Part shown: positions 24,302 to 36,359 of the stretch, in pieces
Numbering within the stretch: position 1 is the stretch's first letter
Layout: every line of letters begins with the position of its first letter
Origin: Octopus sinensis
Lineage: Eukaryota
DNA: 64,000 nucleotides
Direction of reading: 5' to 3'
NCBI RefSeq assembly: GCF_006345805.1
Contig: NC_042997.1
Span: forward strand, 44,330,001-44,394,000
Notes under the pieces: model-generated
The model's input: only the letters and a program-made list of their open reading frames with translations
What the model was told of the DNA's origin: nothing
Database searches by the model: none
Translations under genes and position numbers: made by a program

Positions 24302-24520
24302 CCCTTTAGTGTTCAGATTATTCTATCAAATGTGATGTTTGTTTATTTAAAATGGTTTGAATTAAGCATACATTATCTTGTAATTTAGAGATTTCAGTGA
24401 TGCTATTTTTTAGTTTTAGAATGACATGGTAGGGTTGAGGTGAGAGGTGAGAGCTGGTCATTTTCAATATAAAACAGGTTAAATATGTTGGCCGGATATG
24501 GCCGGTTTGAATGCTAAAGG
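24302..24520. mobile_element. piggyBac-like MITE
   Basis: TTAA|CCCTTTAGTGTTCAGA..TTTGAATGCTAAAGG|TTAA. Confidence 0.8.
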
Positions 24521-24711
24521 TTAAACAGGAATTTTTATCTTAGAACCCAGGAAAATCTCAGGTGAGCTGGCATCAAAAGGGTTGGGTTAATTAGGGAAAA
24601 TCTTTAAAAACTGAAAAGGAGTAGGTTGAATAAGACTTTTTGAATGTAAAAATGCATTAGAAAAAATCTGATAGGTAAAAATGGTGTGTTGAAGACACCA
24701 TCTAATGTGCA

Positions 24712-25320
24712 TTATTCTTAATGTTTAGTCCAAGTCAGCCCTGATTAAGAAGACCTATGATCAAAAGCATTCCAGCCATGAACATCCTGTCCATTTTCCA
24801 GGTATCTATGTTATCCAAATGTAATCTTAGATTTCAGCTTGTAGGGATTTAACATAGAAAAAATAGCTCTTATTTCTAGCAGTCTGAGTGACTACATAGA
24901 GATTGCCTGGCTGGCTTATGTATTATTCTTAATGTTTAGTCCAAGTCAGCCCTGATCAAAAAAATTTCAAGCAATGACCATCCTGTCTTTTTTTCCAGGT
25001 ATATCCAAATGTTGGGGGAAATGCTTAGCAGTATTTCATCTATCATCTTGTTCTCAGTTCAAATACCGCCAGGGTTGACTTTGTCTTTCATCCTTTTGGA
25101 GTTGATGAATTAAGTACCAGTTACACTCTGGGGTCAATGTAATCGACTGGTCCCCTCTCCAAAAATGTCAGGCTTTGTGCCTATAGTAGAACGGATTTAT
25201 GTCATCCAAATGTAATCTTAGACTTTAACTTGTGGGGATTTAACAAAAAAAAACAAAAAAAACTGTTATTTCTAGCAGTGTGAGTGACTCCTTTGAGATT
25301 CCTGGGCTGACTTGAGTGGG
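24712..25320 (+). repeat. Tandem duplication of an approximately 210-bp old repeat; second unit split by SINE A (about 25010-25195)
   Basis: TTATTCTTAATGTTTAGTCCAAGTCAGCCCTGAT occurs twice; ATCCAAATGT flanks the SINE on both sides. Related decayed copies at about 13240-13420 and 17240-17400. Confidence 0.75.
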
Positions 25321-26127
25321 CAGTGTGTTTAGGTGAGGTAAGATGCAATAATATCGACATGCAATATGCATAGACAACAACTGCTGGGTGAAACTCTTAA
25401 CAGGCAAGGTAGTGTGAATCAGAGATGAAGTTTGTACCTCAAGCAAAGATTAAACTGAGTGGAAAAGATAATAATGAAATAGCACAGCTGAGCAGATAAT
25501 GAGAGATAAAAGGAGAATTGGGAAAAATATGTAATTACTAAATAGTTTTTCAGGAAATGCAATATTCCATTTGGGTGGGTGTTGGACGTAATGATTTGAA
25601 CACATTTTTGTTAAAATGGAAGAAGTATGAACGTATTAGTATTTCCTTTTTTTTTTCAATAAAAAAAATGAAAGCAATAAATGAAATCAAAATAATCTAT
25701 AGAAATTAGTCAAGAGGAATTGTTAGGTGATTAATGACATGTAGCCAGAGGGAGAAGGAAAAAACAGTGAAATAACAGAAATAATAACGACTGATGTGGT
25801 GACAGTTTTACAGTGCCTTGTGATAATAATTTCTCATTTAGCTATAAAGATCATGTTGAAAGGCACTTTTCTTAACAATTGGCTCAACATTATTATTATT
25901 ATTAATTTCCATGATGAATGATTTGAGGAAAACAATTCCAAAATTGAAAATTAAGTGAAAACTGTATTAAATGTGATTGGGAGAGTGTTTTTAGCATAGC
26001 TAGAAGTTAATTTTGAATTTGAATTGAGCTTAAAAATAGAAAATTCTTGTTGAGACATTTAAAAGAGAAGCATACCATTAGTTTGCATTTGTGGATTTAT
26101 ATAAAAATAAAAAAGAAATTAATAAAG

Positions 26128-26250
26128 GCGCAGGAGTGGCTGTGTGGTAAGTAGCTTGCTAACCAACCACATGGTTGTGGGTTCAGTCCCACTGCGTGGC
26201 ATCTTGTGAGTGAATTTGGTAGACGGAAACTGAAAGAAGCCTGTCGTATA

Positions 26251-26281
<31 letters not shown>

Positions 26282-26480
26282 ATATGTTTGTCTGTGTTTG
26301 TCCCTCTAGCATTGCTTGACAACCGATGCCGGTGTGTTTACGTCCCGTCACTTAGCGGTTCAGCAAAAGAGACCGATAGAATAAGTACTGGGCTTACAAA
26401 GAATAAGTCCCGGGGTCGATTTGATCAACTAAAGGTGGTGCTGCAGCATGGCCGCAGTCAAAAGAGAGTAAGAGTAAAAC
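26128..26480 (+). mobile_element. SINE family B (internal deletion)
   Basis: Head, microsatellite and tail match the family. Confidence 0.9.
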
Positions 26481-26564
26481 ATTATGCTTTATTTATGAAA
26501 AGCAATGGACAGCTATTCAGGCTGTATATAAAAGCACTAAAACAAGGCCATAGTTCGCAATAGA

Positions 26565-27850
26565 TCATCATCATCATCATCGTCGTCGTCGTTTAACGTC
26601 TGCTTTCCATGCTGGCATGGGTTGGACGGTTTGACTGAGGGCTGGCAAGCCAGAAGGCTGAACCAGGCTCCAATCTGATCTGGCAAAGTTTCTACAGCTG
26701 GATGCCTATACTAATGCCAACTACTCCAAAAGTGTGGTGGGTGCTATTTATGTGCCACCAGCACGAAGGCCAGTCAGGCAGTAATGGCACTGGCCATGCT
26801 TGAATGATGCTTTTAACATGCCACAGGCACAGGACCCAGTCAGGTGGCACTAACAATGACCACGTTTGAATGGTGCTTTTTACATTCCACGGGCACAGGT
26901 GCCAATCAGGCAGTACTGTCTTCGGCCATGACAATGACTTCACTTTACTCAACAGGTCTTCGCAAGCATAGTTTATTGCCCAATGATTGAAGGGTACTCT
27001 TAAATGGGCCAGTTATGCTGCACTGGCATAGGCCACGGTTAAGGTCTCACTTGGCTTGCTGGCTCTTCTCAGGCGTATCTCCAAAGGTCTTGGTCACTTG
27101 TCATCGCCTCCATGAAGCCCAACATTTGATGGTCAGGCATCAACACCTCATTCCAAGTTTTCCTGGGTCTTCGTCTTCCACAGGTTCCCTCTACTGCTAG
27201 GGCGTGACACATTTTCACACAGCTGTCCATGCTGGTGGCACGTAAAAAGTACCAACCGATCGTGGCCGCTGCCAGCCTCCCCTGGCACCTGTGCCGGTGG
27301 CATGTAAAAAGCATCCACTACACTCATGGAGTCGTTGGTGTTAGGAAGGGCATCTAGCCATAGAAACACTTCCAGATCAGACTGGAGCCTGGTGCAGCCA
27401 CCTGGCTTCCCAGACCCCGGTCGGACCATCCAACCCATGCTAGCATGGAAAACGGATGTTAAACGATGATGATGATGATGATGATGAAGAAGATGATGAT
27501 GATGATGATGTTGATGATGTCCTGAACTATACGCAACCCGTGACCATACCAGGGCAGTCGTCACCCTTGCATACCACATCTGATGCTTCTTATGTCCAAC
27601 TTATCTTTTAAGGTGCTTACACTCTGTTGTGTATGCAAACTGACATTACACATCCAGTGGATCATGCTAGCTTCATTTCTTTGCAAACTTACGCATGTCT
27701 TCAGCAGTCACAGCCCATGTTTCACTGCTATGTAGCATTGCGGTTTGCACACATGCGTCATACAGTCATATAATTTTACTCTGAGTGAGAGGCCTTTTGT
27801 CACCAGCAGAGGTAGGAGCTCTCTGAACTTTGCCCAGGCTATTCTTTTTC
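26565..27850 (-). mobile_element. RTE LINE 3' portion, interrupted by an opposite-strand RTE 3' UTR
   Basis: (CAT)n tail at 26565, UTR units, RKTWNEVL, then after the insert WYGHG.R and GRAPTSA-antisense region. Confidence 0.9.
27231..27520 (+). mobile_element. RTE 3' UTR nested in an older RTE ORF
   Basis: UTR units and GAT tail; TGTCC present at both junctions. Confidence 0.85.
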
Positions 27851-28400
27851 TAGCTCTAACTTGATACGTTTGCACATAATTATGCTTTAAATTTCAGGTG
27901 CAATAGCTGTTAATATAATAACTGATAATTCTGTTTTAAACCCCTGTCACTTTTTTTTAGGAATAAGGAGGATATTGCATTTAGTCCATTTATTGATTGA
28001 GATTTGAATATAACCTGAATTGCACAGTAGTAGAAGTCTTAAACCTCAAGGGACAGGTACAGTGGTTCAACCCAGAGTTTACCCTTTTTGATTTTTTGTC
28101 AGCCTCTTTAATCCCTTGGCTGTGAAGTTACACACCTCAATATTCTGTTTGTAGTTTATAAAAGATTCTATAGGTCTGTTGGTAATGGTTGGGAGTTCCC
28201 AAGAATATTCTAAAAATAGTCTTTCTATTGTTTGCTTAAGTGTTTTCATTTTTGCCTTGTTTATCTTTCCATGTTCACTGATGTCATAAACAGTGTCACA
28301 CTAAAGAGGATTGTTGATTATCAGTGTGTAATGAGATCAATCTTTGAATTTAGTTTCATTGCTAAACTTCATATGTGTCAGTGAGTTGTTTTTTTTTATT

Positions 28401-28858
28401 GCGCAGGAGTGGCGATAATAGAAAAGTACCGATAAAAATGTTCTAGTCCCTCTCCTCATGAGTAGCTTGCTTACCAACCACGTGGTTCCAGGTTCATTCC
28501 CACTGCGTGACACCTTGGGCAAGTGTCTTCTACTATAGCCTCGGGCTGACCAAAGCCTTGTGAGTGGATTTGGTTGATGGAAACTGAAAGAAGCCCATCG
28601 TACATATGTATATATATATATATATGTATGTATGTGTATGTGTGTGTTTATGTGTGTCTGTGTTTGTTCCCCCAACACCCAATGGTGGTGTGTTTACGTC
28701 CCCGTAACTTAGCAGTTCGGCAAAAGAGACCGATAGAATAAGTACTAGGCTTACAAAGAATGAGTCCCTGGGGTCGATTTGCTCGAGTAAAGGCGGTGCT
28801 CCAGCATGGCCACAGTCAAATGACTGAAACAAGTAAAAGAGCAAAAAGAGTAAAGAGT
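28401..28858 (+). mobile_element. SINE family B with disrupted head
   Basis: Family match. Confidence 0.85.
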
Positions 28859-29114
28859 TATTTTGCATGCATGTTTTTTCAAATTTGCTGTTGTTTCATT
28901 TTAAAAACTTCATATATTACTCCTGGAATGATTTCTTAATGTTTTTATGTTTGTCGATGACTGTTTCAGATTTCTAAATTGGGGGACTAACACAAGCACA
29001 AAGGAGCTGTTTGACTGGGGTTGGAATGCAGCTTGTAGCTGCCTCATGATGTGCATGACAAAATCTTCGTTGATAACATAAGGAGAGTTGATTCTATTTT
29101 TCTGTTTCAAGCAC

Positions 29115-29116
<2 letters not shown>

Positions 29117-29159
<43 letters not shown>

Positions 29160-29400
29160 GTTTAACGTCCGTTTTCCATGCTAGGATGGGTTGGACGGTT
29201 CGACCGGGGATCTGGGAAGCCAGGGGCTGCACCAGGCTCCAGTCTGATCTGGCAGTGTTTCTACAGCTGGATGCCCTTCCTAACGCCAACCACTCCGCGA
29301 GTGTAGTGGGTGCTTTATATGTGCCACCAGCACAGGTGCCAGGGGAGTCTGGCATCGGCCACGATTGGTTGGTGCTTTTAATGTGCCACCAGCACGGAAT
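29117..29400 (-). mobile_element. RTE 3' UTR with (CAT)n tail
   Basis: Family match; splits a locally duplicated sequence. Confidence 0.9.
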
Positions 29401-29554
29401 TTACTGATTACACATTTCCTCAATGCTTGTGTATTTCAGTTCCAAGGTGAATTGCCATTGATTCTAAATTCATTAATTCAATGATCAGAATGAGCTTTGA
29501 AAAGGTTTTGTTAGCTTTGCTGTTTATCATCCTATCGATCCATTTTTGGTTTGT

Positions 29555-29980
29555 GAATGCCAGTGCCACGTAAAAAGCATCCATGCTAGAACCATGTAAA
29601 GGTTACATGTGCCAGTGTCACGTAAAAAGCACCTATGTGGGTTCCACATGAAAAACACCCACGCCAACACCATGTAAAAAACATCCATGCTGAGTCACAT
29701 AAAAAGTGCTCATGAAAAGTGCCCATGCTGCACTAAATAAAAGGCACTTGTGCCAGTACCACATAATAAGCACCTGTACCAGTGCCTCATAAAAAGCATC
29801 CAGCACACTCTGTGAAGTGGTTGGCATTAGAGAGGACATCCAGCCATGGACATCCAAGCCAAATCAGACTGGAATTTGGTCCAGCTCTCCAGCTTGCCAG
29901 CTCTGGTCAAACCATCCAACCCCTGCCAGCAGGGAAAACAGATGTTAAATGATGAGGATGAGGAGGAAGAGGAGGAGGAA
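29555..29980 (+). mobile_element. Old RTE 3' UTR with many short repeat units
   Basis: Repeated (GTGCC)ACATAAAAAGCAC-like units, then the GGCATTAG..CATCCAGC core. Confidence 0.75.
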
Positions 29981-31110
29981 TATGTAATTAAGTTGAGATT
30001 TTGTCATTTTGGTAAATGCAGGTCCATAATTTACTCATCTTTTTCTGCTAAGTTATTTTAAAACAAACTCCTACATATATTGACCTTTTCTGTAAGGGCT
30101 GTAAAATGTATATTTGTGATTTTCATTACAACTAATTTGTGCATTCATATCTCTTCTTAAGATCAAGATGTTCTACTTTGGTATTTAACAAATGAGTGGG
30201 AACAGAGCCTGATAGAAATCTACAGCATCATTTTCAACCCACATTAACTGAATAAAAGTTCCTACTACCAAAGATTCTCATTTTGACCAGAGTACTGGAG
30301 CTTTCATATCCCAACAATCCAAAGAGCTATACCAGTGGGTTCTACTCTAGGCAGGTCTAACCAAGTTAGGCAGGTCTGAACTGAAGAACTAGACTAAATG
30401 AGAATTGCCATCAGTATGGCTGATATGCAGTTTTGACAAAGGAAACAGTTTAGCACTAACAGTGAAATTCACAGAAGAGGGAATTGTACTGATGACATTG
30501 TCCAAGGTCTCGTAGTTCTGAAAGTGAACTACGTCTAATATCTGTAGAACTGACAATCATTGATTTCATTCAGCCACTCGAAAATTCAGTGTGACCTAAA
30601 CACTACCTTGCAGTTCATCGTCCATTACTGAACATATGGTCAATCATGGAACATACTCTTCTGTAATTTCAGCTTCTGTCACAGTATTCAAAAGATCAGC
30701 TACAGAGCGAAGAATCTGAAATAAATATAGATTATTTAAACGTAAATAAAATCTTCAACTTTTCGTGTTTGCATTCGAAACACACAAAAGCAACTTCTTG
30801 AATTAGCAGCAGAAATAGTTGCTATCATCATTGATGTCTTATAAATTCAAGGATACCAACTACATTATAAACTAGACCTCAAACATCGTGTTGGTAGTGG
30901 CTGGATTTTTTGTACCTTCTTCTCCATGGAAAAACTCTATTAATGTGACAATAGCTGGAGTTGGTATATTTCTTTACCCTTCTGTATTGAAATCATTAAA
31001 GAGTTTAGAAAAGCTACAATGGCAATTGCTTCTTTCAGCAGAAACCCTTGCATTACAAGGATCTCTTGCCACATACAAACTAATGTCGGTGCCTTAATAC
31101 ATATATTTAA

Positions 31111-31505
31111 CTAGCAGTATCGCCCGGCGTTGCTCGGGTTTGTAAGGGAAATAACTATATAAGCATTTTTAGAGAATTATAGCCAAAAAATAGCAAAAAA
31201 ATGCATTAAAAATGGAAAAAGATGATGGTAAATTTTTTTTTAAATCGTTGACTCATCGTAGACATTTTTAGAGAGTTACTTCCCTTCTTTTAATAGCGAA
31301 AAAATGCATTAAAATGGAAAAAATGATGGTAATTTTTTTTTAAATCGTAGACTCATTGTAGACGCGCGCTAATACCCAGAAGGCTCGATATGAATCACGA
31401 CTATAAGATACCCGGTTTGGTAACTGCACTGCAAAATGTGGGAGTAGTTAGGAATCTAAATCGTAGGAGACAGACAGCACACAACTTCACTTTTATATAT
31501 AAAGA
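31111..31505 (-). mobile_element. Non-autonomous Helitron
   Basis: Minus strand A|TC..CCCGAGCAACGCCGGG hairpin..CTAG|T; internal tandem duplication. Confidence 0.9.
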
Positions 31506-31849
31506 TATTCATAACATTTCAGATTTTTGATGAAAAGCTGATCCAGAAGTTTCTCAAATTATTTGTAAGTAAACCCAAATGCTTCTTCACAGCTGCATAA
31601 CTTTTATTCAGAAGGATAACTTTTATTGCATAACCTTTATTCAGAACTCAGTAGAGAACTGGCAAAATTTAGTTTCTCAGTTGGCATAAAGTATTTGAAA
31701 TTTTGCAATAAAGTATCTTCGACCCTTCAAAAAATTGGGTGATATTAGACATTAGCCAAATTTAATTTGAAACACTTTCATTATCGAGTACTTTCATTCT
31801 TGGGATATTCTCTTCATTGAATGCACCTACCTTTTATAAACAAGCAAAT

Positions 31850-31925
31850 GTATACATACATATATACATACATACATGCATGCATGCAAACATGCACACA
31901 TGCACACATGCACACACATACACAC

Positions 31926-31958
<33 letters not shown>

Positions 31959-31980
31959 GATAGATACATACATATATAGA
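31850..31980. repeat. Compound TACA/CA microsatellite
   Basis: Direct. Confidence 0.9.
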
Positions 31981-32004
31981 CCACCTTCATCTACAGCAAA
32001 AACT

Positions 32005-32363
32005 AAGGAGGTACCATCCGAACGTGGCTGATGCCAGCGCTGCCTCGACTGGCTCCAGTGCCAGTGGCACATAAAAAACACCATCCGAACGTGGTTGTTG
32101 CCAGCGCCGCCTTGGCTAGCTTCCATGCCAGTGGCACGTTAAAAGCTCCAACCGATCGTGGCCAATGCCAGACCACCCTGGCACCTGTGCAGGTGGCACG
32201 TAAAAAGCACCCACTACACTCGCGGAGTGGTTGGCGTTAGGAAGGGCATCCAGCTGTAAAAACTCTGCCAGATCAGCCCCTGGCTTCCCAAACCCCGGTC
32301 GAACTGTCCAACCCATGCTAGCATGGAAAAGGGACGTTAAACGATGATGATGATGATGATGAT
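32005..32363 (+). mobile_element. RTE 3' UTR with repeat units and (GAT)n tail
   Basis: Family match. Confidence 0.88.
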
Positions 32364-32374
32364 GTAGAGGCTTA

Positions 32375-32960
32375 ACATCAATCCAGACTGCATTTGAATG
32401 TCATATCATATTCCTTCAGCAACATCCCTTTGCCACCAAGTGTTGAAGTGCATCCTTTGACAAAGTTTGCGTACACAGAGCAGACAACATTGCGAGATGT
32501 AGAAAGAAGCTCTTTGAGCAATGTTCCTTGTCTGATAACGTTGAATACATGCCTAAAGAAGTTGCATGACTCTACTGCAATGAATCATTCGATGAAAGGA
32601 TAAGTGTAAATCAGCCGAAGACCATGCATGGATATGTTAGCAGAAAGCTCCAAGATGACTTTGACATTGATCAACAAAGCAGTCTACCAGAGACCACCAA
32701 CTGAATTACTAACTCTCACTTTGAGGGGTATGCGTTTGCAATCCAGGAAGAAGAACTAACAACTAAATACCTGACACACAAAATGGAACAGAGATGTAAG
32801 AAAAACACCAAAATGAGATAACCGATGCAGACCTTGTGGAGTTAACACTGAAGATATCACCCAATCATAAGCAGTTGTGCAAAAATGTCATCACGTTATT
32901 ATCTGCTGATGAGACGTGATGTTGTAGCCAAGACAATGTATAATGAGATCTGCCTTCATT
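32375..32960 (+). mobile_element. RLE-type LINE fragment (post-RT region and CCHC knuckle), degraded
   Basis: KTMHGYVSRKLQDD..SHFEGYAFAIQEEELTTKYL..CRPCGVNTEDI/ISSCAKMSSRYY..RRDVVAK. Confidence 0.82.
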
Positions 32961-33670
32961 GATGGCGTAAGGAGAATTGATTCTAATTTTCTGTTTCAAG
33001 CACTTCAAAATTGATAATTTACTGATTACATATTTCCTCAATGGTTGTGTAGTTTGGTTACAAGGTGAATTGCCATTGATTCTAATTTCATTAATTCAAT
33101 GATGAGAAGGAGCTTTAAAAAGCTGTTGTTAGCTTTGTTGTTTATCATCCTATCGATACATTCTTGGAATATAAAAATGTATATAAAGATAATTCTGAGG
33201 CCAAAGAGTATGTTAGAGGCCATAGTCACTCATAATATGAAGGAATACTGGTGGAATGAAAACCTCAGTAAAATCTAAACATATTTGACCAGACATCGTG
33301 ATTTGAGACAGAGAAGAGAAACTATGTACAGCAGTGGAAATCAGTTGCTGAGCAGATGTCAACATAAAGCTTAATATCAGTGGAAAAGAAAACGCCAGCA
33401 TTGAACTACTGGGAAACTTAGAGTTAACCTACCCAGATTACAAGTTCAGGTTTATACCTCTAATTATTGGGGTACTGGTATATGTAACAAACTGTCTAAG
33501 CACCAATCTCGAGGAATTAGGTTTCTCAAAAACAGAAAGATAAAAAGCTCTTTTAAGACATCAAATTCATGCCATCAATGAAACTGTAATAATTTGTAAA
33601 GCTTTCTAGAAGTTTAGTATTTGAGTACACGTGCATGTGTCTAGACATGCAGCTATATAAATGAGAATAA

Positions 33671-33905
33671 GGCGGCGAGCTGGCAGAAACGTTAGCACGC
33701 TAGGCGATATGCTTAGCGGTATTTCGTCTGTCGTTACGTTCTGAGTTCAAATTCTGCCGAGGTCGACTTTGCCTTTCATCCTTTCGGGGTCGATAAATAA
33801 AAGTACCAGTTTCGCACTGGGGTCGATGTAATCGTCTTAATCCCTTTGTCTGTCCTTGTTTGTCCTCTCTATGTTTAGCCCTTTGTGGGCAATAAAGAAA
33901 TATAT
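33671..33905 (+). mobile_element. SINE family A, full-length (CCCTTTGTCTGTCC tail variant)
   Basis: Intact head GGCGGCGAGCTGGCAGAAACGTTAG through AATAAAGAAAT. Confidence 0.92.
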
Positions 33906-33919
33906 ATAAATGAGAATAC

Positions 33920-34220
33920 ATGCATGCATACATACATCTACATATACACACACAAACATACACACACACATACACACGCAAACATACACACACACATACA
34001 CACGCAAACATACACACATACACACGCAAACATACACACACACACATACACACACATACATACACACACACATACACACACATACATACATGCATACGCA
34101 CGCACACACACACATACACACACATACATACATGCATACGCACACACACACACATACATACATACATACATCATACGCATACATACATACATACATCATA
34201 CGCATACATACACACATACT
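33920..34220. repeat. Compound (CA)/(TACA)n microsatellite
   Basis: Direct. Confidence 0.95.
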
Positions 34221-34548
34221 CAACTATGATGATGGTCAAGCATTTCAAAGCATTCATATTGTGTATACAATACGTTCATTGTTTATCTATATCAATATTT
34301 TGATGTTTTTAAATTATAGATGTAAGAAAATCATTTTTTTTATTTTTTGTAATATAAACGACTTTGTTTATATAATATCAATTGATATACTGTTCTCTGG
34401 AGAGATATTTTGTTTTAAAATTTAATTTTAGATACATCATCACTAAAATGTGAGTATAAACACATAGGACTAAAGTATACATATATACATACTTATATGT
34501 ATATATATATACATATAATGTGTATGTATGTACATGCATGTATATATT

Positions 34549-34585
<37 letters not shown>

Positions 34586-34588
34586 GTA

Positions 34589-34877
34589 GGCGCAGGAGTG
34601 GCTGTGTGGTAAGTAGCTTGCTAACCAACCACATGGTCCTGGGTTCAGTCCCACTGAAGTGTCTTCTGCTATAGCCCCGGCCCGACCAATGCCTTGTGAG
34701 TGGATTTGGTAGACGGAAACTGAAAAGAAGCCTGTCGTATATATGTATATGTATGTGTGTTTGTGTGTCTGTGTTGTCCCCCTAGCATTGCTTGACAACC
34801 GATGCTGGAGTGTGTACGTCCCCGTCACTTAGCGGTTCGGCAAAAGAGACCGATAGAATAAGTACTGGGCTTACAAA

Positions 34878-34880
<3 letters not shown>
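34589..34880 (+). mobile_element. SINE family B, 3' end replaced by (TA)n
   Basis: Family match. Confidence 0.88.
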
Positions 34881-34974
<94 letters not shown>

Positions 34975-35209
34975 AAGTAAATAAGCAACATGGATGTCCA
35001 GTTATCAGTACATTACAGCCATTTCAAGTGGCTCCATTTAATTGATCAATAAAAACATTGTAACAATTTGAAATAAACTGTTCTCCTCTGTGTCCAAAGA
35101 GAGCGGTTTATGTCAAATTGATGCAATGTTTTCATTGGTCGATTAAATGGAGCTGCTTGAAACGGCCGTAATGCACTGATACCTGGACATCCTTCTTGCT
35201 TATTTGCTT
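34975..35209. mobile_element. Fold-back/MITE-like element, about 97-bp diverged arms
   Basis: Left arm vs reverse complement of right arm roughly 85% identical by eye; about 40-bp spacer. Confidence 0.8.
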
Positions 35210-35295
35210 TTTGATCACCTAACTTAGAGCTGTGCAGACCATACCAGACTGACTTGGTGCTTCAAATTAAGTACTTAATTCAACTGAACCTTAAT

Positions 35296-35347
<52 letters not shown>

Positions 35348-35494
35348 CAATTCATAATTAAGGGCAAAAGAAAAAATTTCTAATGCCAGATATGCTGAAA
35401 AATTGGACATATTGTCCATTAACCATATAATTTTTTCCCAATATGCACGCTACTCGAAAAAAGGTCGACAGAAATTTCTAAAACATTCCATTAT

Positions 35495-35552
35495 TACCAT
35501 ATCGGAGCGATTTCAGGGTTAGCTCATAACAACCCTCCCTTCATCAGTGATA
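35495..35552 (-). ncRNA. Type I hammerhead ribozyme motif
   Basis: TATCA-CTGATGA-AGGG..CCCT-GAAA-TCG(CTC)CGA-TA-TGGTA: complete core with stems I, II and III. Confidence 0.78.
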
Positions 35553-35661
35553 CATGTGGCAAAAGAAATAAATGAGATACTTACTCATACCCATGGAAGA
35601 CTTAGTGTTTGCTTCTTCCATGGGTATGAGTAAGTATCTCATTTATTTCTTTTGCCACATG

Positions 35662-35719
35662 TATCACTGACGAAGAGAGGGCTGTTATAAGCTAACCCTG
35701 AAATCGCTCCGATATGGTA
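35662..35719 (+). ncRNA. Type I hammerhead ribozyme motif (variant stem II)
   Basis: TATCA-CTGACGA-AGAG-AGGG..CCCT-GAAA-TCG(CTC)CGA-TA-TGGTA. Confidence 0.7.
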
Positions 35720-35981
35720 ATAATGGAATGTTTTAGAAACTTCTGTCGACCTTTTTTCGAGTAGCGTGCATATTGTGAAAAAATTATATGGTTAATGGAC
35801 AATATGTCCAATTTTTCAGCATATCTGGCATTAGAAATTTTTTCTTTTGCCCTTAATTATGAATTGTTTATAGATTTAACCTTTAAGATATTTTTTGATA
35901 TGCTGGCCATTGATAAAATTTTTTTGGGAAAGGAATATTTTTTTCAAAAAAAAAATTTTATCCTTCATTAGATATAAATAT

Positions 35982-36031
<50 letters not shown>

Positions 36032-36114
36032 AAATATTAGGAATAAATCCAAATTTACAAGGAAAAGTCAGATTAAGATTGAATCCAATTTTATAATAAA
36101 ATATTATATTATAT

Positions 36115-36303
36115 TAAATTAGAGACAAAACCACTATTATGCAAATCAAACAAAGAAAGACTTAAGCCAATACATAAAAAATTTATATAATTAAAATTTA
36201 ACAAATGAATAAAATTTGTTAAATTTTAATATATAAATTTTTATGTATTGGCTTAAGTCTTTCTTTGTTTGATTTGCATAATAGTGGTTTTGTCTCTAAT
36301 TTA
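36115..36303. repeat. AT-rich palindrome, about 90-bp arms, 7-nt loop
   Basis: 36115-36206 vs 36214-36303, nearly perfect. Confidence 0.93.
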
Positions 36304-36311
36304 TTATAATA

Positions 36312-36355
<44 letters not shown>

Positions 36356-36359
<4 letters not shown>

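Larger units (their letters stand above)
35347..35867. repeat. 521-bp near-perfect palindrome (254-bp arms, 13-nt loop) carrying hammerhead motifs
   Basis: 6 mismatches between arms by eye; loop at 35601-35613. Confidence 0.96.

Noticed and set aside
30644-30646. In-frame TGA as possible selenocysteine or readthrough
   Set aside because: No recognisable selenoprotein motif, no SECIS identified, and further stops follow in the same frame.
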